A DNA stretch of 59,647 bases from Nitrososphaerota archaeon. Lineage in GTDB: Archaea > Thermoproteota > EX4484-205 > JAAOZP01. The stretch lies in the NCBI GenBank assembly GCA_011605725.1, contig JAAOZP010000005.1, positions 1 to 59,647 of the forward strand, read 5' to 3'. The notes below the pieces were generated by a model that ran no database searches, was not told the DNA's origin, and saw only the letters and a program-made list of their open reading frames with translations. Each line of letters begins with the position of its first letter. Positions within the stretch are counted from its first letter, which is position 1. Positions 1 through 8,669 of this stretch are shown here, piece by piece. A program made the position numbers and the translations under genes.

Positions 1-55
1 AACCTTATTAAGCGGGGTGCGCCTCAGTTTATGATGCTTTTTCAACATAAATTTT

Positions 56-69
56 TTAGCGCGCGCTAA
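56..69. repeat. Dispersed short palindrome, perfect 14-bp copy TTAGCGCGCGCTAA
   Basis: Perfect palindrome read directly; member of a family recurring across the window. Confidence 0.8.
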
Positions 70-153
70 TCATGATATTGGCATACGTAGTCGCCAAGTT
101 TACACGCTTGCCTTTCCCCCAGTGACCTTCGTTGTTGGAGGAAGCACATTGCC

Positions 154-163
154 TAGCGCGCTA
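154..163. repeat. Dispersed short palindrome TAGCGCGCTA
   Basis: 10-bp perfect palindrome, intergenic, just upstream of an IS-end-like remnant. Confidence 0.7.
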
Positions 164-184
164 AGAGTAACGGGAAGAAAAGCT

Positions 185-219
185 GGAGGCCCAGCCTTTA
201 GGCGTGGAGAGGGCGCCAC
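185..219 (+). mobile_element. Degenerate IS200/IS605 (TnpB-type) right-end remnant
   Basis: GGAGGCCCAGCCTTTAGGCGTGGAGAGGGCGCCAC resembles the archaeal IS605/IS1341 right-end hairpin GAAGCCCCGCCCTTTAGGGCGGGGAGGAGGTCAC; no transposase nearby. Confidence 0.4.
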
Positions 220-303
220 GGGTCATAAGGTGCTTTTTGATACCGTTGCTATTTCTGGATATTCCGAAGATGGCTCCGGTACGCTAGTGCACTCATAGGG
301 CTC

Positions 304-336
304 GAGGCTTCCAGGTCAGAGTAGCGGAGTAGCTCA
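304..336 (+). mobile_element. Possible second degenerate IS200/IS605 right end
   Basis: GAGGCTTCC...GCGGAGTAGCTCA resembles the GAAGCTCC...GCGGAGTAGTTCAC end type; highly decayed. Confidence 0.25.
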
Positions 337-435
337 GAAGCTTATAAAATGTTCTGAATCTCTCCAAATAGGTCTAACACACCGATTTCCTAATTTACCC
401 AAAAAGCGCTGATGGAAAGCTTAAATATAGAAAAA

Positions 436-525
436 ATGTCTATCAGGATAAGTAAAGAGTTAAAAGAAGAAATCGAAAAGCTAAATATAGACACACGCGC
501 GCCCTTAGGGAAGGAAGAGTTATAA
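436..525 (+). pseudogene. Truncated RHH/VapB-type antitoxin N-terminus
   Basis: MSIRISKELKEEIEKLNID matches the start of archaeal ribbon-helix-helix antitoxins (SIR..KELKE.....I[ND]W). Similarity stops at ACACGCGCGC (493-502). TATA-like TTAAATA at 421. Confidence 0.5.
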
Positions 526-534
526 ATCTTCGTC

Positions 535-1077
535 GTGATGGTTAATGATATTGGTGATAGCAAGGTCATGAAGAGCATTGAGGATATTGCAGAGCCCTAT
601 AGAGGTCTTGTTACAAGGCTACTTAAAGTACTTTTATCCATGTTCGGAGATAGATTAGTATCGTTTATTGTTTATGGGAGTGTTGCTAGAGGAGAGGCGA
701 AGCGAAGCAGCGACCTTGACTTATTGATGGTGGTTGAGGGCTTACCCGGATCCAGATTTGACAGAAATAAAATTTTCGATGCAATTGAGGACTCCTTGGC
801 TAAAGACCTGGAGGATCTGCATGCCTTGGGATACTATGCGGCGCTATCTCCCATTATAAAAACACCTGAGGAGGCTCAAAAAATTCTGCCTTTATACCTT
901 GACATGGTTGAGGACGCTGTTATAGTTTATGATAAGAATGAGTTTTTCGAATCAATACTCATAAAGCTTTCAAAGAAGCTGAAGGAGCTTGGCGCTGAAA
1001 GGGTGTGGATTGGTAATAAGTGGTATTGGAGGCTGAAAAAAGACTTGAAGCCAGGCGAGGAGATCATCATTGAATAA
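535..1077 (+). CDS. Minimal nucleotidyltransferase (MNT), partner of an MNT-HEPN toxin-antitoxin pair
   Basis: YGSVARGEAKRSSDLDL = GS-x10-DxD Pol-beta motif; overlaps the HEPN gene; start may be 538 or 568. Confidence 0.9.
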   Translation: MMVNDIGDSKVMKSIEDIAEPYRGLVTRLLKVLLSMFGDRLVSFIVYGSVARGEAKRSSDLDLLMVVEGLPGSRFDRNKIFDAIEDSLAKDLEDLHALGYYAALSPIIKTPEEAQKILPLYLDMVEDAVIVYDKNEFFESILIKLSKKLKELGAERVWIGNKWYWRLKKDLKPGEEIIIE

Positions 1078-1492
1078 TATTGAACTTGCTAGATCGAATA
1101 TCAAGCAGGCTGAAGAGAGGCTGAAGCATGCGAGGGAAGCCTTGGAGTCAGGCAACTACCCCTATGTGATAAGGCAGTGCCAAGAAGCTGTTGAACTAGC
1201 TCTGAAGGCAGCACTTAGACTAGTTGGAATAGAGCCGCCTAAATGGCACGATGTGGGACCAATACTGAGAAGAGAGAAAAACGTTTTTCCTAAATGGTTT
1301 CAAGATCATACGGATGAGTTGGCCTCCGTATCCAGGATTCTAAGAAGGGAACGAGAACCGGCGCTTTACGGTGATGAGGAAACAGGTATGCCTCCAGAAG
1401 AACTATATGCCAGGTCTGATGCTGAGAAAGCTTTGAAGGATTCAGAGGAAGTATTAACGTTAGTTCTTAAGCTCCTTTCTTCGAGCCTATGA
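1070..1492 (+). CDS. HEPN domain protein
   Basis: Helical; CQEAVELALKAAL, KWHDV and REPALYGD motifs of archaeal HEPN proteins; coupled to MNT. Confidence 0.9.
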   Translation: MNNIELARSNIKQAEERLKHAREALESGNYPYVIRQCQEAVELALKAALRLVGIEPPKWHDVGPILRREKNVFPKWFQDHTDELASVSRILRREREPALYGDEETGMPPEELYARSDAEKALKDSEEVLTLVLKLLSSSL

Positions 1493-1554
1493 AAACATTG
1501 AGGACATAGAAATGTCTAAATACTATTAGCGCGTGCGACGAAAATTGTTGAAAA

Positions 1555-1839
1555 ATGCTTAATAAAAGCTTCTTGTTTTTAAATAGTATCATGGAAAAGA
1601 CGATGGAAGAGATGGAGGAAGAGCTGAAAGGGAAAACTATATCCAGAGCTAGAGCCATGATGACGATATTCAAGCTTAGAGAAGAGTATGGGGAGCAGTA
1701 TCTTCAAAGGAAGCGTGGAAGGGTGAGGAGTGAGGAGGAGCTCCGTAGGCTTGCCGAAGCATGCAGGCTGAACTGGAAATTTATGGAGGAGGTGGGTATG
1801 ATACGACGCAGCAACGGGGAAATCCTAGTGAGGATATAG
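1555..1839 (+). CDS. Small hypothetical protein, possible partner of downstream nucleotidyltransferase
   Basis: Charged helical ORF with coding-like codon use, overlapping the next gene; likely start 1591. Confidence 0.55.
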   Translation: MLNKSFLFLNSIMEKTMEEMEEELKGKTISRARAMMTIFKLREEYGEQYLQRKRGRVRSEEELRRLAEACRLNWKFMEEVGMIRRSNGEILVRI

Positions 1840-2432
1840 TTTCAGAGTTCAGGAAGGAGTTTGCTTCGTTTATCGATAAACTATCACCCATTAGAGATAG
1901 TACTACAAGGTTCCTCATGTTAACAGCCTTCATCAACACTTTTATGGAGGAGCGTGGCTTGGGGAGAATAACGATTTCCAGGGGCTTTGCCGCAGAATTC
2001 TACAGTGGTGGTGGATACAGGACTTTAGACGTCGACGTTATAGTTGAGGGAAAGCCGAATGCCGCGGATTTATTAAAGAAGTTTTTAAAATCAGTTGGAT
2101 ATACAGAGTCCGGAAGAGTTTATGTATCAACGCTTTCGAGTCTAGTTGATAAAGCGCTTGACATAGTTGGAACGATCTACGATAAGCCTAAGCCCCCGAT
2201 GAGGATAAGGGTAAACGATTATCGGGTTTACATGGTTCCGCCAGAAGAAGCCATAATATATGCTTTAGCAGCGGCCAAGTTTTGGTCTTCAGTTTCGGAT
2301 TTCGAAAGAGCCGTCTTAATTTACGCTGCGCAGAAGGAAAGCATCGATATTTCTTACCTTGAAGCCCGAGCTGTTGAGGAAAATGTGAAGGATTACTTGA
2401 GTAAAATCATGGAATTATCGAAAAACATTTAG
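1761..2432 (+). CDS. Nucleotidyltransferase-fold protein (DUF6036/AbiEii-like)
   Basis: ISRGFAAEFYSGGGYRTLDVDVIV resembles GG.A...Y....R.T.D.D; PEEAII and D..YL...A tail; true start unclear. Confidence 0.65.
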   Translation: MQAELEIYGGGGYDTTQQRGNPSEDIVSEFRKEFASFIDKLSPIRDSTTRFLMLTAFINTFMEERGLGRITISRGFAAEFYSGGGYRTLDVDVIVEGKPNAADLLKKFLKSVGYTESGRVYVSTLSSLVDKALDIVGTIYDKPKPPMRIRVNDYRVYMVPPEEAIIYALAAAKFWSSVSDFERAVLIYAAQKESIDISYLEARAVEENVKDYLSKIMELSKNI

Positions 2433-2634
2433 CTTAAATGTAAACTTTGATATCCTTTTAAAGTTTTTTCAGAGCGAGGGGTCCTGATTTGTCGAATTAT
2501 TCTTAAAGGTTGAAGGATATATTGAGTAAAATGAACCTGGCTTTATCCTTCATCCCCTTATGCTAGAGGAAAAATGAGAAATCGTTAAGAATATTTTTAA
2601 AACTTAATAATATCCTCATCTGGCTGCTAATGTA

Positions 2635-3654
2635 ATGGGATCTGAAGGTGTATTCGAAACTATAGTCTGCCCTGCTACTAACGCTAATCCGAGAAATTCC
2701 GAGGCGGACATCATTGAATTGAACGATGGGAGGCTGCTCCTGGCCTACACGGAGTTCTACCATTTCAGTCCTCACGACATGGCTCCAGCTAGAATCTCTG
2801 GAAAAATATCCAGTGATCGAGGGAGGAGTTGGGGCAAACCCTTCACGATTCAAGAGAACATCGGTAAGGAGAATGTGATGGATGCCGACCTGTTGAGGCT
2901 TAGAACGGGTGAGATAGCCCTATTCTTCTGCGTTAAGAATTCTGAAGCTGATTGCCATCCGTATGTGAATAAATCCCAGGACGAGGCGAAAACTTGGGGA
3001 GAGCCTATTCCAATCGCTAAATTCTATCAGGGCTATTTCACGCTGAACAACGATAGGGCGATTCAATTATCAAATGGGAGGATTTTGCTACCGGCAGCGT
3101 ACACTCCAAACATTTGGGCATTTCCGATTTCAAGCTTAACATCACTATGCTTCTATTCCGATGACGATGGGAGAACCTGGTTTAAATCCAGGGAGGAGGT
3201 TTCGTTGCCTAACTCTGAAAGCGATGAGCCGGGTGTGGTAGAGCTGAGGGATGGTAGGGTTTTAATGTGGATCCGGACGAACCTAGGTCGTATCTACAGG
3301 TCCTTATCAAAGGATTTCGGGGAAACATGGAGCGAACCAGAACCGATAGGCCTCATATCCCCGTCCTCTCCGCAGACGATAAAGAGGATTCCGAAAACCG
3401 AAGACCTCCTCATCCTCTGGAACAACACGCGAGGACCTAGAAGGGTGCCCTTAACCGCTGCTGTATCGAGGGATGATGGGGAAACTTGGGAGAACCTCAA
3501 GGACGTGGAGTCGGATTCGGCATATCAATACGCGTATCCAAGTATCACCTTTGTCGGCGAAGAAGCTCTGATTACTTATTACCTTTACGATGAGAGGACT
3601 GGTTACATCTCACTCAAGTTGAAAATCCTTCCGATAGACTGGTTCTATGAATAA
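2635..3654 (+). CDS. Sialidase-like BNR/Asp-box beta-propeller (GH33-like)
   Basis: Asp boxes SSDRGRSW, SQDEAKTW, SDDDGRTW, SKDFGETW, SRDDGETW; terminal YAYPS. Confidence 0.9.
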   Translation: MGSEGVFETIVCPATNANPRNSEADIIELNDGRLLLAYTEFYHFSPHDMAPARISGKISSDRGRSWGKPFTIQENIGKENVMDADLLRLRTGEIALFFCVKNSEADCHPYVNKSQDEAKTWGEPIPIAKFYQGYFTLNNDRAIQLSNGRILLPAAYTPNIWAFPISSLTSLCFYSDDDGRTWFKSREEVSLPNSESDEPGVVELRDGRVLMWIRTNLGRIYRSLSKDFGETWSEPEPIGLISPSSPQTIKRIPKTEDLLILWNNTRGPRRVPLTAAVSRDDGETWENLKDVESDSAYQYAYPSITFVGEEALITYYLYDERTGYISLKLKILPIDWFYE

Positions 3655-3713
3655 TATGCAAATGTGGCTAGTCACTCCTCCGTTTCTACGACGAGGCTTA
3701 GCAAGATGCAATA

Positions 3714-3726
3714 GTGACCTCCTCCC
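3714..3726 (-). mobile_element. IS200/IS605 right-end tip remnant (GGGAGGAGGTCAC)
   Basis: Reverse complement matches the common archaeal IS605 terminal sequence; abuts palindrome variant CAGCGCGCACTA (3728-3739). Confidence 0.35.
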
Positions 3727-3764
3727 TCAGCGCGCACTATACTCCGCTGACGAAGCTAAAGTCC

Positions 3765-4610
3765 CTATTTTTCTCCAGGCTTCTTGAGTTCAGTTACCTT
3801 TCGGGTTGAAAAGTGGATGAACGGGAAGCATTCCGGTATATGCGAGTCCATCGCGTAATGCGGATTCCAAGCCCAGCCGCCTGAATCCTCTGCTGGAGGA
3901 GCTTCCTTATACTGGTTGAATCGGAAGCAGTTGATGCGCCAAACGTCCCCGTTTTTCGGCGGGAGGGAGCGATTATCCGGCATAGCCAATACTTTCATAC
4001 CTTCCCATGGAAGGGCTATTTCAACGGTCCACCCTCGATCCCTGTCTCGATTATCGTTGAGCGTGCCGTCAACGTGAACAGCGCTCTTGAGACCGGGAAA
4101 ATCCCAGTTCCAAAAGCCTATCCTAGGTCCGCGAGGATGGTTTTTGAAACCAACTCCATAGAACGGCTGTACTCCAGGAGCATCTCTCCGGAGCTCAGGC
4201 AATTTGCTATAGCCGGATTTCTCATATGCTTCCTCCCATATGAAGAGAACCTCATAGATGGTTCCGAAGGCGTTTATCTCGAATTCGTAGTAAGCGTCCC
4301 TGCCCGCGATGAACAGCTCCACATCATTATCGTTGTAGATCGGTGAGTCGCGCTTAGTCAGCGTAGCGGTTACGAATGGCTCCTCCACCCAGAAGCCTAC
4401 GTACAAATTCTTATCATCCCATAGGATGATGGAATACGTATCGTAAATCGGAATTCGTCCGTTTAACAGGTCTACGAAACGAGAGGAACGGGGAGCGATT
4501 TTCCAGCATTCCTCATCCAAGCGCCCGTCGATAGTAATGCGTTCATCTACGTAGTAGGCAGTATAATGAGGTATTTTTTCTTGTGGGCATGGGAATACTG
4601 AACTCCTCAA
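3765..4610 (-). CDS. Carbohydrate-binding family 9-like (CBM9/DOMON-like) protein
   Basis: ITIDGRLDE..W, LWDDKNLYV, DNDVELFI, YYEFEINAFGT, WTVEIALPW, GDVWRINCFR. Confidence 0.85.
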   Translation of the reverse strand: MRSSVFPCPQEKIPHYTAYYVDERITIDGRLDEECWKIAPRSSRFVDLLNGRIPIYDTYSIILWDDKNLYVGFWVEEPFVTATLTKRDSPIYNDNDVELFIAGRDAYYEFEINAFGTIYEVLFIWEEAYEKSGYSKLPELRRDAPGVQPFYGVGFKNHPRGPRIGFWNWDFPGLKSAVHVDGTLNDNRDRDRGWTVEIALPWEGMKVLAMPDNRSLPPKNGDVWRINCFRFNQYKEAPPAEDSGGWAWNPHYAMDSHIPECFPFIHFSTRKVTELKKPGEK

Positions 4611-4719
4611 TGCGTTTGCCCATTACGTAGTCAGTTATATATAAATGTTAAATTTCCAGTTATTTGCCTTTTTGGAAGCGTTTCTTTCCTTAACGAACAA
4701 GCTATTAGAAGATGCCGAT

Positions 4720-5520
4720 CTAGCGTTGCGTATGCTTCAAAGATTTAACAGCAATCATGAAGAAAGCCACAGAAGTCAATATGAGGATTATGAAGTCGAC
4801 TGCTAGTCTTTGAGGATCAATGGGGCCGTATGCAGCCTGCCGCAGAGCATCAACTGAATACGTTAGTGGCAACAGGTAGGCGAGGAAGATAAGGGATGGC
4901 ATGAAGACGAACGTTTCTTCAAGAGGGATAAAGACTCCAGATAGGAATATCATTATGAAACGTATGAAGTTAAGGGGCATCATTGCATCGGAAACATCAT
5001 TAGCTCGGACCGAGACTAACAAACCTATGGATGAAAAATTGATAGCTGAGATTAGAATGGCCAATAGAAAAAGTGTTGGCGTTAATGATAATCCGGGAGA
5101 AAAGCCTCCCCATTCCCACAGTGGGCCTATCATGATGAGAATCGGGGTAATCGTTATTCCTGAAATAGTTCCAAAGATGACTCCGGAAGCCATTTTTCCT
5201 AGGAGTAGATCCTCCGGAGATAATGGCGCTGATATAAGTCGTTCAAATGTTTTCGATCTTCTTTCCATCGGCAGGACGACGGCCTCAAGGGTTGAAGCAC
5301 CGAAGAAGGTTGAGATGGCCACTACGCCTGTTAAGCGGTATGCTTCTGTGACGCATGGCCTGCCAAGGGTGAACGCGAAGTAAAGAACTAATGGTAGCAT
5401 GATTCCGAAGAATATCGATGGTGGTTTAAAGTAATATATCTTAATATCGTTTTCAGCTATTACGGCTGCTTTTTTAAGTCCCTCCCATATACCTCGCAAA
5501 CCTATTCTAGTGCTTCTCAT
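4720..5520 (-). CDS. ABC-2 type exporter permease
   Basis: About 6 TM segments; ERRSKTFERLISAPLS, FLSGVFIPL, LPLTYSVDALR. Confidence 0.92.
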   Translation of the reverse strand: MRSTRIGLRGIWEGLKKAAVIAENDIKIYYFKPPSIFFGIMLPLVLYFAFTLGRPCVTEAYRLTGVVAISTFFGASTLEAVVLPMERRSKTFERLISAPLSPEDLLLGKMASGVIFGTISGITITPILIMIGPLWEWGGFSPGLSLTPTLFLLAILISAINFSSIGLLVSVRANDVSDAMMPLNFIRFIMIFLSGVFIPLEETFVFMPSLIFLAYLLPLTYSVDALRQAAYGPIDPQRLAVDFIILILTSVAFFMIAVKSLKHTQR

Positions 5521-6481
5521 ATCTTAATTGCTCCATCCTCTCGGCCATTAATGGGTCTATGCCGGTGTGCTTGATGAAGACTTCTTCGAGCGTAGGTCTC
5601 AAAGTACTTATTGAGATTATCTTTAAACCTTTATTATTTGCAAAATCTATGACAAAAGGTAAGATGGAGGACGAATCGCTGGAGTATAGTCTGAACTTCC
5701 TATCATTGAGCTTAATGATTTTGCTACAGTGTTCTTTGAGCTCTTCACTATTGCTTGGAGGTAAACCGAATTCCACTTCAATCACCTCGTTTTCTTGAAT
5801 GGATTTTTTCAAGTTCTCTGAAGTATCGACGACGCATATCTTCCCCTTGTTTAGTATCGCCAACCTATTGCATAACTGGTCTGCCTCGTCAATAAAATGT
5901 GTTGTGAGAAAAATCGTTAAGCCCTCTTTGTTAAGCCTTCTAAGAGCCTCTCGAATAAGCCTCGAACTCTGAACATCTAGCCCGCTAGTTGGTTCATCTA
6001 GAAACAGAACGCGTGGTTCGTGGATCAAAGCTGCCGCAATAGTCAATCGTCTTTTCATACCCTTTGAAAATTGTCTAACCGGGTCGTTAATCCTTTCCTT
6101 CAGCCCAAAAGCCTCAAGAAGCTTTAAGGCTCTTTCCTCCCTTTCCCTTTTAGGGACTCCGTACAGTTTAGAAATGAACATTAAATTCTCCCATGCCGTT
6201 AGCTCAGAATAGATGTTTGAGGTCTCCGGTACAAGCCCGAATTGTTTCTTTGCCATAGTGGGTTCGCGAAGGATATCATACCCCAAAACTGATGCTCTGC
6301 CAGAAGTGGGGGTCGTGAGGCCGGTAAGGATGCGTATGAGTGTGGTCTTTCCAGCACCGTTTGGACCTAAGAGGCCGAAAAATTCTCCCTCGCTGATATT
6401 AAGGTTGATGTGATCGAGCGCTAAAACATCGGCGTAGCGCTTCGATACATCTATGACTTGAATGGCATCTCTAAGCTTCAT
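5507..6481 (-). CDS. ABC exporter ATP-binding subunit (DrrA/CcmA-like)
   Basis: Walker A GPNGAGKTT, signature FSKGMKRR, Walker B LFLDEPTSGLD, C-terminal PTLEEVF. Confidence 0.95.
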   Translation of the reverse strand: MKLRDAIQVIDVSKRYADVLALDHINLNISEGEFFGLLGPNGAGKTTLIRILTGLTTPTSGRASVLGYDILREPTMAKKQFGLVPETSNIYSELTAWENLMFISKLYGVPKREREERALKLLEAFGLKERINDPVRQFSKGMKRRLTIAAALIHEPRVLFLDEPTSGLDVQSSRLIREALRRLNKEGLTIFLTTHFIDEADQLCNRLAILNKGKICVVDTSENLKKSIQENEVIEVEFGLPPSNSEELKEHCSKIIKLNDRKFRLYSSDSSSILPFVIDFANNKGLKIISISTLRPTLEEVFIKHTGIDPLMAERMEQLRYEKH

Positions 6482-6858
6482 GAGCTTTCCTTTAACGCTT
6501 CGTTGATTTTGACGTATAGAGCTTCCTTGCTCGGTACGCTTGCCGCGAAGGCGATTTTTCCGTTAATCGCTATCATCGGAATAATGCTTCTAAATACTTG
6601 AGCTCCTAAACCCATGGATACGATTCTCCCTTTACCGCTGTTTTCAAGGATCTGGTTTAGTCTTAGGAAAGCCTTATCGATCTCAGTTCCGTATTCCATT
6701 ATATTCACTTCAACCTTATCCTTAAAATCCCTTAAGACATCGCTGGCTAACTTAAACAGTGGCGCATTTTCCGCATCTCGTTGTCCACATCCACAAATCC
6801 CGGTCGGAAAAATATCCAATACTACCTTCTTGGTCTTTTCTCCCTCCATACGCCTCAA
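6478..6858 (-). CDS. ArsD-like thioredoxin-fold metallochaperone
   Basis: DIFPTGICGCG resembles ArsD DPAMCCSTGVCG; PMIAINGKIAFAASVPSKE resembles ArsD LP...V[DN]G......YP...E; adjacent to ArsA. Confidence 0.6.
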   Translation of the reverse strand: MRRMEGEKTKKVVLDIFPTGICGCGQRDAENAPLFKLASDVLRDFKDKVEVNIMEYGTEIDKAFLRLNQILENSGKGRIVSMGLGAQVFRSIIPMIAINGKIAFAASVPSKEALYVKINEALKESS

Positions 6859-7781
6859 CCCCCCATTATTACCTCAGCGATTCTTTTAACTCTTTCTATT
6901 CCGACAACTTCCGTTTCTATAAGGGGGACCTCTATAATCTCCATATTTGGAAACTCATTCCTAACAAGTGCGATATATTTCTCCTGTAGTTTTCTTCTTT
7001 CTCTGAAGAAATAATTCGTACAAACTTCTTTCGGAAGCACTTCATTTAATATTAAACCCTTGATGGGTATGCCGTATGGCGCAAGGGATTCTTGAATCCT
7101 CTTAGCCTCGTACACCGGGAGCATCTCAGGATGCAGTACTAACAGGTAGCTGGTTTCTTCTGAACACAGCTTTTCTATGGCCTTAATGTTGTCTCCAGCC
7201 ATTTTCTCGAGGAGCTCTATTTCCGCGGTTTTTCCCGTTAGGTCTGCAACTTCCCTCTTCACCATTATGCTTTTCTTGAGACGGTCGAGTTGCTTCCAAG
7301 GATAGCCGATCATGTCTAGGTTATGGCCACCAGGGGCAGTATCGAAAACAATGGTATCATACTCGTTTGAATTCATGTATTGCACGAAGACATTATAGGA
7401 TGCTGTTTCACAGGGTAATACGGGGTTTTTCTCCCAATACTCTTTCAGCCATAGGATTTCTGCCTCATCGCCCCTTAAGGAACCGATTTTTTTAATTACT
7501 TCGAGTTGATGTTTGCGGATGCTTTCTTTCGCGTCTATATTAATCGCCTCAAAATTATCAAACCCATTAACCTTCGTTTCCTCGCTTCCTATCTCTTGAG
7601 AGAGAATATCGTTCTGGCTTTTCTGCAAATCCGTTGAAGCCAGAAGAACTCTATAGCCTTCTTCAGCTAGTCCTAAAGCTATCGCAGCTGCAAGGGTACT
7701 TTTACCAACCCCGCCCTTCCCACCTAGAAATATAAACCGTGTAGACCCGTTTTTAGGCGGAATCAATAGGTCTTTAAACAT
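6855..7781 (-). CDS. arsA: Single-domain ArsA/GET3-family ATPase
   Basis: GGKGGVGKST deviant Walker A, STD, VFDTAPGGH, LPCETA (Cys at the ArsA PCTEE position). Confidence 0.88.
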   Translation of the reverse strand: MFKDLLIPPKNGSTRFIFLGGKGGVGKSTLAAAIALGLAEEGYRVLLASTDLQKSQNDILSQEIGSEETKVNGFDNFEAINIDAKESIRKHQLEVIKKIGSLRGDEAEILWLKEYWEKNPVLPCETASYNVFVQYMNSNEYDTIVFDTAPGGHNLDMIGYPWKQLDRLKKSIMVKREVADLTGKTAEIELLEKMAGDNIKAIEKLCSEETSYLLVLHPEMLPVYEAKRIQESLAPYGIPIKGLILNEVLPKEVCTNYFFRERRKLQEKYIALVRNEFPNMEIIEVPLIETEVVGIERVKRIAEVIMGG

Positions 7782-7851
7782 TCTACTTCCTTTTTAGTGT
7801 GTATGTGCTTTATTTACTTTTTCCCAATTCTTACCATAATTTTCCTATGAC

Positions 7852-8532
7852 CTAGGATGTTTTCTGCGAAGCCTTTAACCCTTTGTTCAACGTGCTCTTT
7901 ATTTTAAACATGAATCTGCATTCTTCATGCGGGATTTTAGCGACGCAGGGCGTCCCCTCAAGGCTCCTTAAAGCGGAGCATGCTAAAATATAATCCATGG
8001 GGGTGAAGGGCGGTGAGCATCCGTTTATGAGTAACAGCTTCTCCAGCCTCCTCTTATCCTCTGGATTAAACATAAAACACTCGTTTCTATTTAATATGGC
8101 GAAACACCTCTCCCATTGATCTGTAGGGCATTCCCGGCATCTAGTGCCTGTTTTGAGTTTTCCAAATATGTTTGCCAAAGGATCGATAACGTAAAGTGTA
8201 GCGTCAGAGCCTAGCATAACGTATACGGCGTTCCTTTCAGCCGGCATTATGAGTTCCTCACGCGCCCCTCTCTTCTTTCTTTCACTCTCAACTTTCCAAA
8301 GGCCCTTCAGCTGGTTATTCAACTGAAAGAGGAGCTTCGTATATGGTATTCTTAGGGATCTTGCCAACTCCTTTTTAGATACAGGCCTTTCCAACGTGAG
8401 CAGCGAGAGCGTATGGAGTATCCTTCTCCTTAAGGGATGGTTAAGTATTCTTAGAAATATTTCTGGATCCAAGTATGCGACGTGAATGTGACAGCAATAT
8501 TCTCGCTCTTCAACTGTTCCAATATTCATCAT
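7852..8532 (-). CDS. ArsR-like wHTH regulator with Cys-rich N- and C-terminal extensions
   Basis: ILNHPLRRRILHTL helix typical of ArsR; CCHIH N-terminus; CxxC plus six more Cys in the C-terminal domain. Confidence 0.7.
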   Translation of the reverse strand: MMNIGTVEEREYCCHIHVAYLDPEIFLRILNHPLRRRILHTLSLLTLERPVSKKELARSLRIPYTKLLFQLNNQLKGLWKVESERKKRGAREELIMPAERNAVYVMLGSDATLYVIDPLANIFGKLKTGTRCRECPTDQWERCFAILNRNECFMFNPEDKRRLEKLLLINGCSPPFTPMDYILACSALRSLEGTPCVAKIPHEECRFMFKIKSTLNKGLKASQKTS

Positions 8533-8588
8533 TTTTGATAAACCTTAGAGGGGCGGAGTTAATAAGCATTGGGTTAAGGGTCCGTTTG

Positions 8589-8666
8589 TTTTCATGTTGA
8601 ATTGGGGTCGATTTCGGTATGAATTAAGTTAAAAGTTTATTAATCAAATTAAAAATTGACCAATAG
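8589..8666 (+). promoter_or_regulatory. Promoter/operator block, copy 1 of a 78-bp inverted duplication (upstream of cobW-like gene)
   Basis: 72/78 identical to the reverse complement of 11861-11938 (58/59 over 8589-8647). Contains BRE/TATA AAAAGTTTATTAA and two TTC-N5-GAA boxes. Confidence 0.9.
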
Positions 8667-8669
8667 CGC

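Noticed and set aside
4901-5383. 160-aa plus-strand ORF
   Set aside because: Antisense shadow of the ABC-2 permease; no motif
6478-8532. Canonical arsenic-resistance (arsRDABC) operon
   Set aside because: No ArsB/Acr3 or ArsC; single-domain ArsA; the ArsD-like protein lacks the vicinal CC
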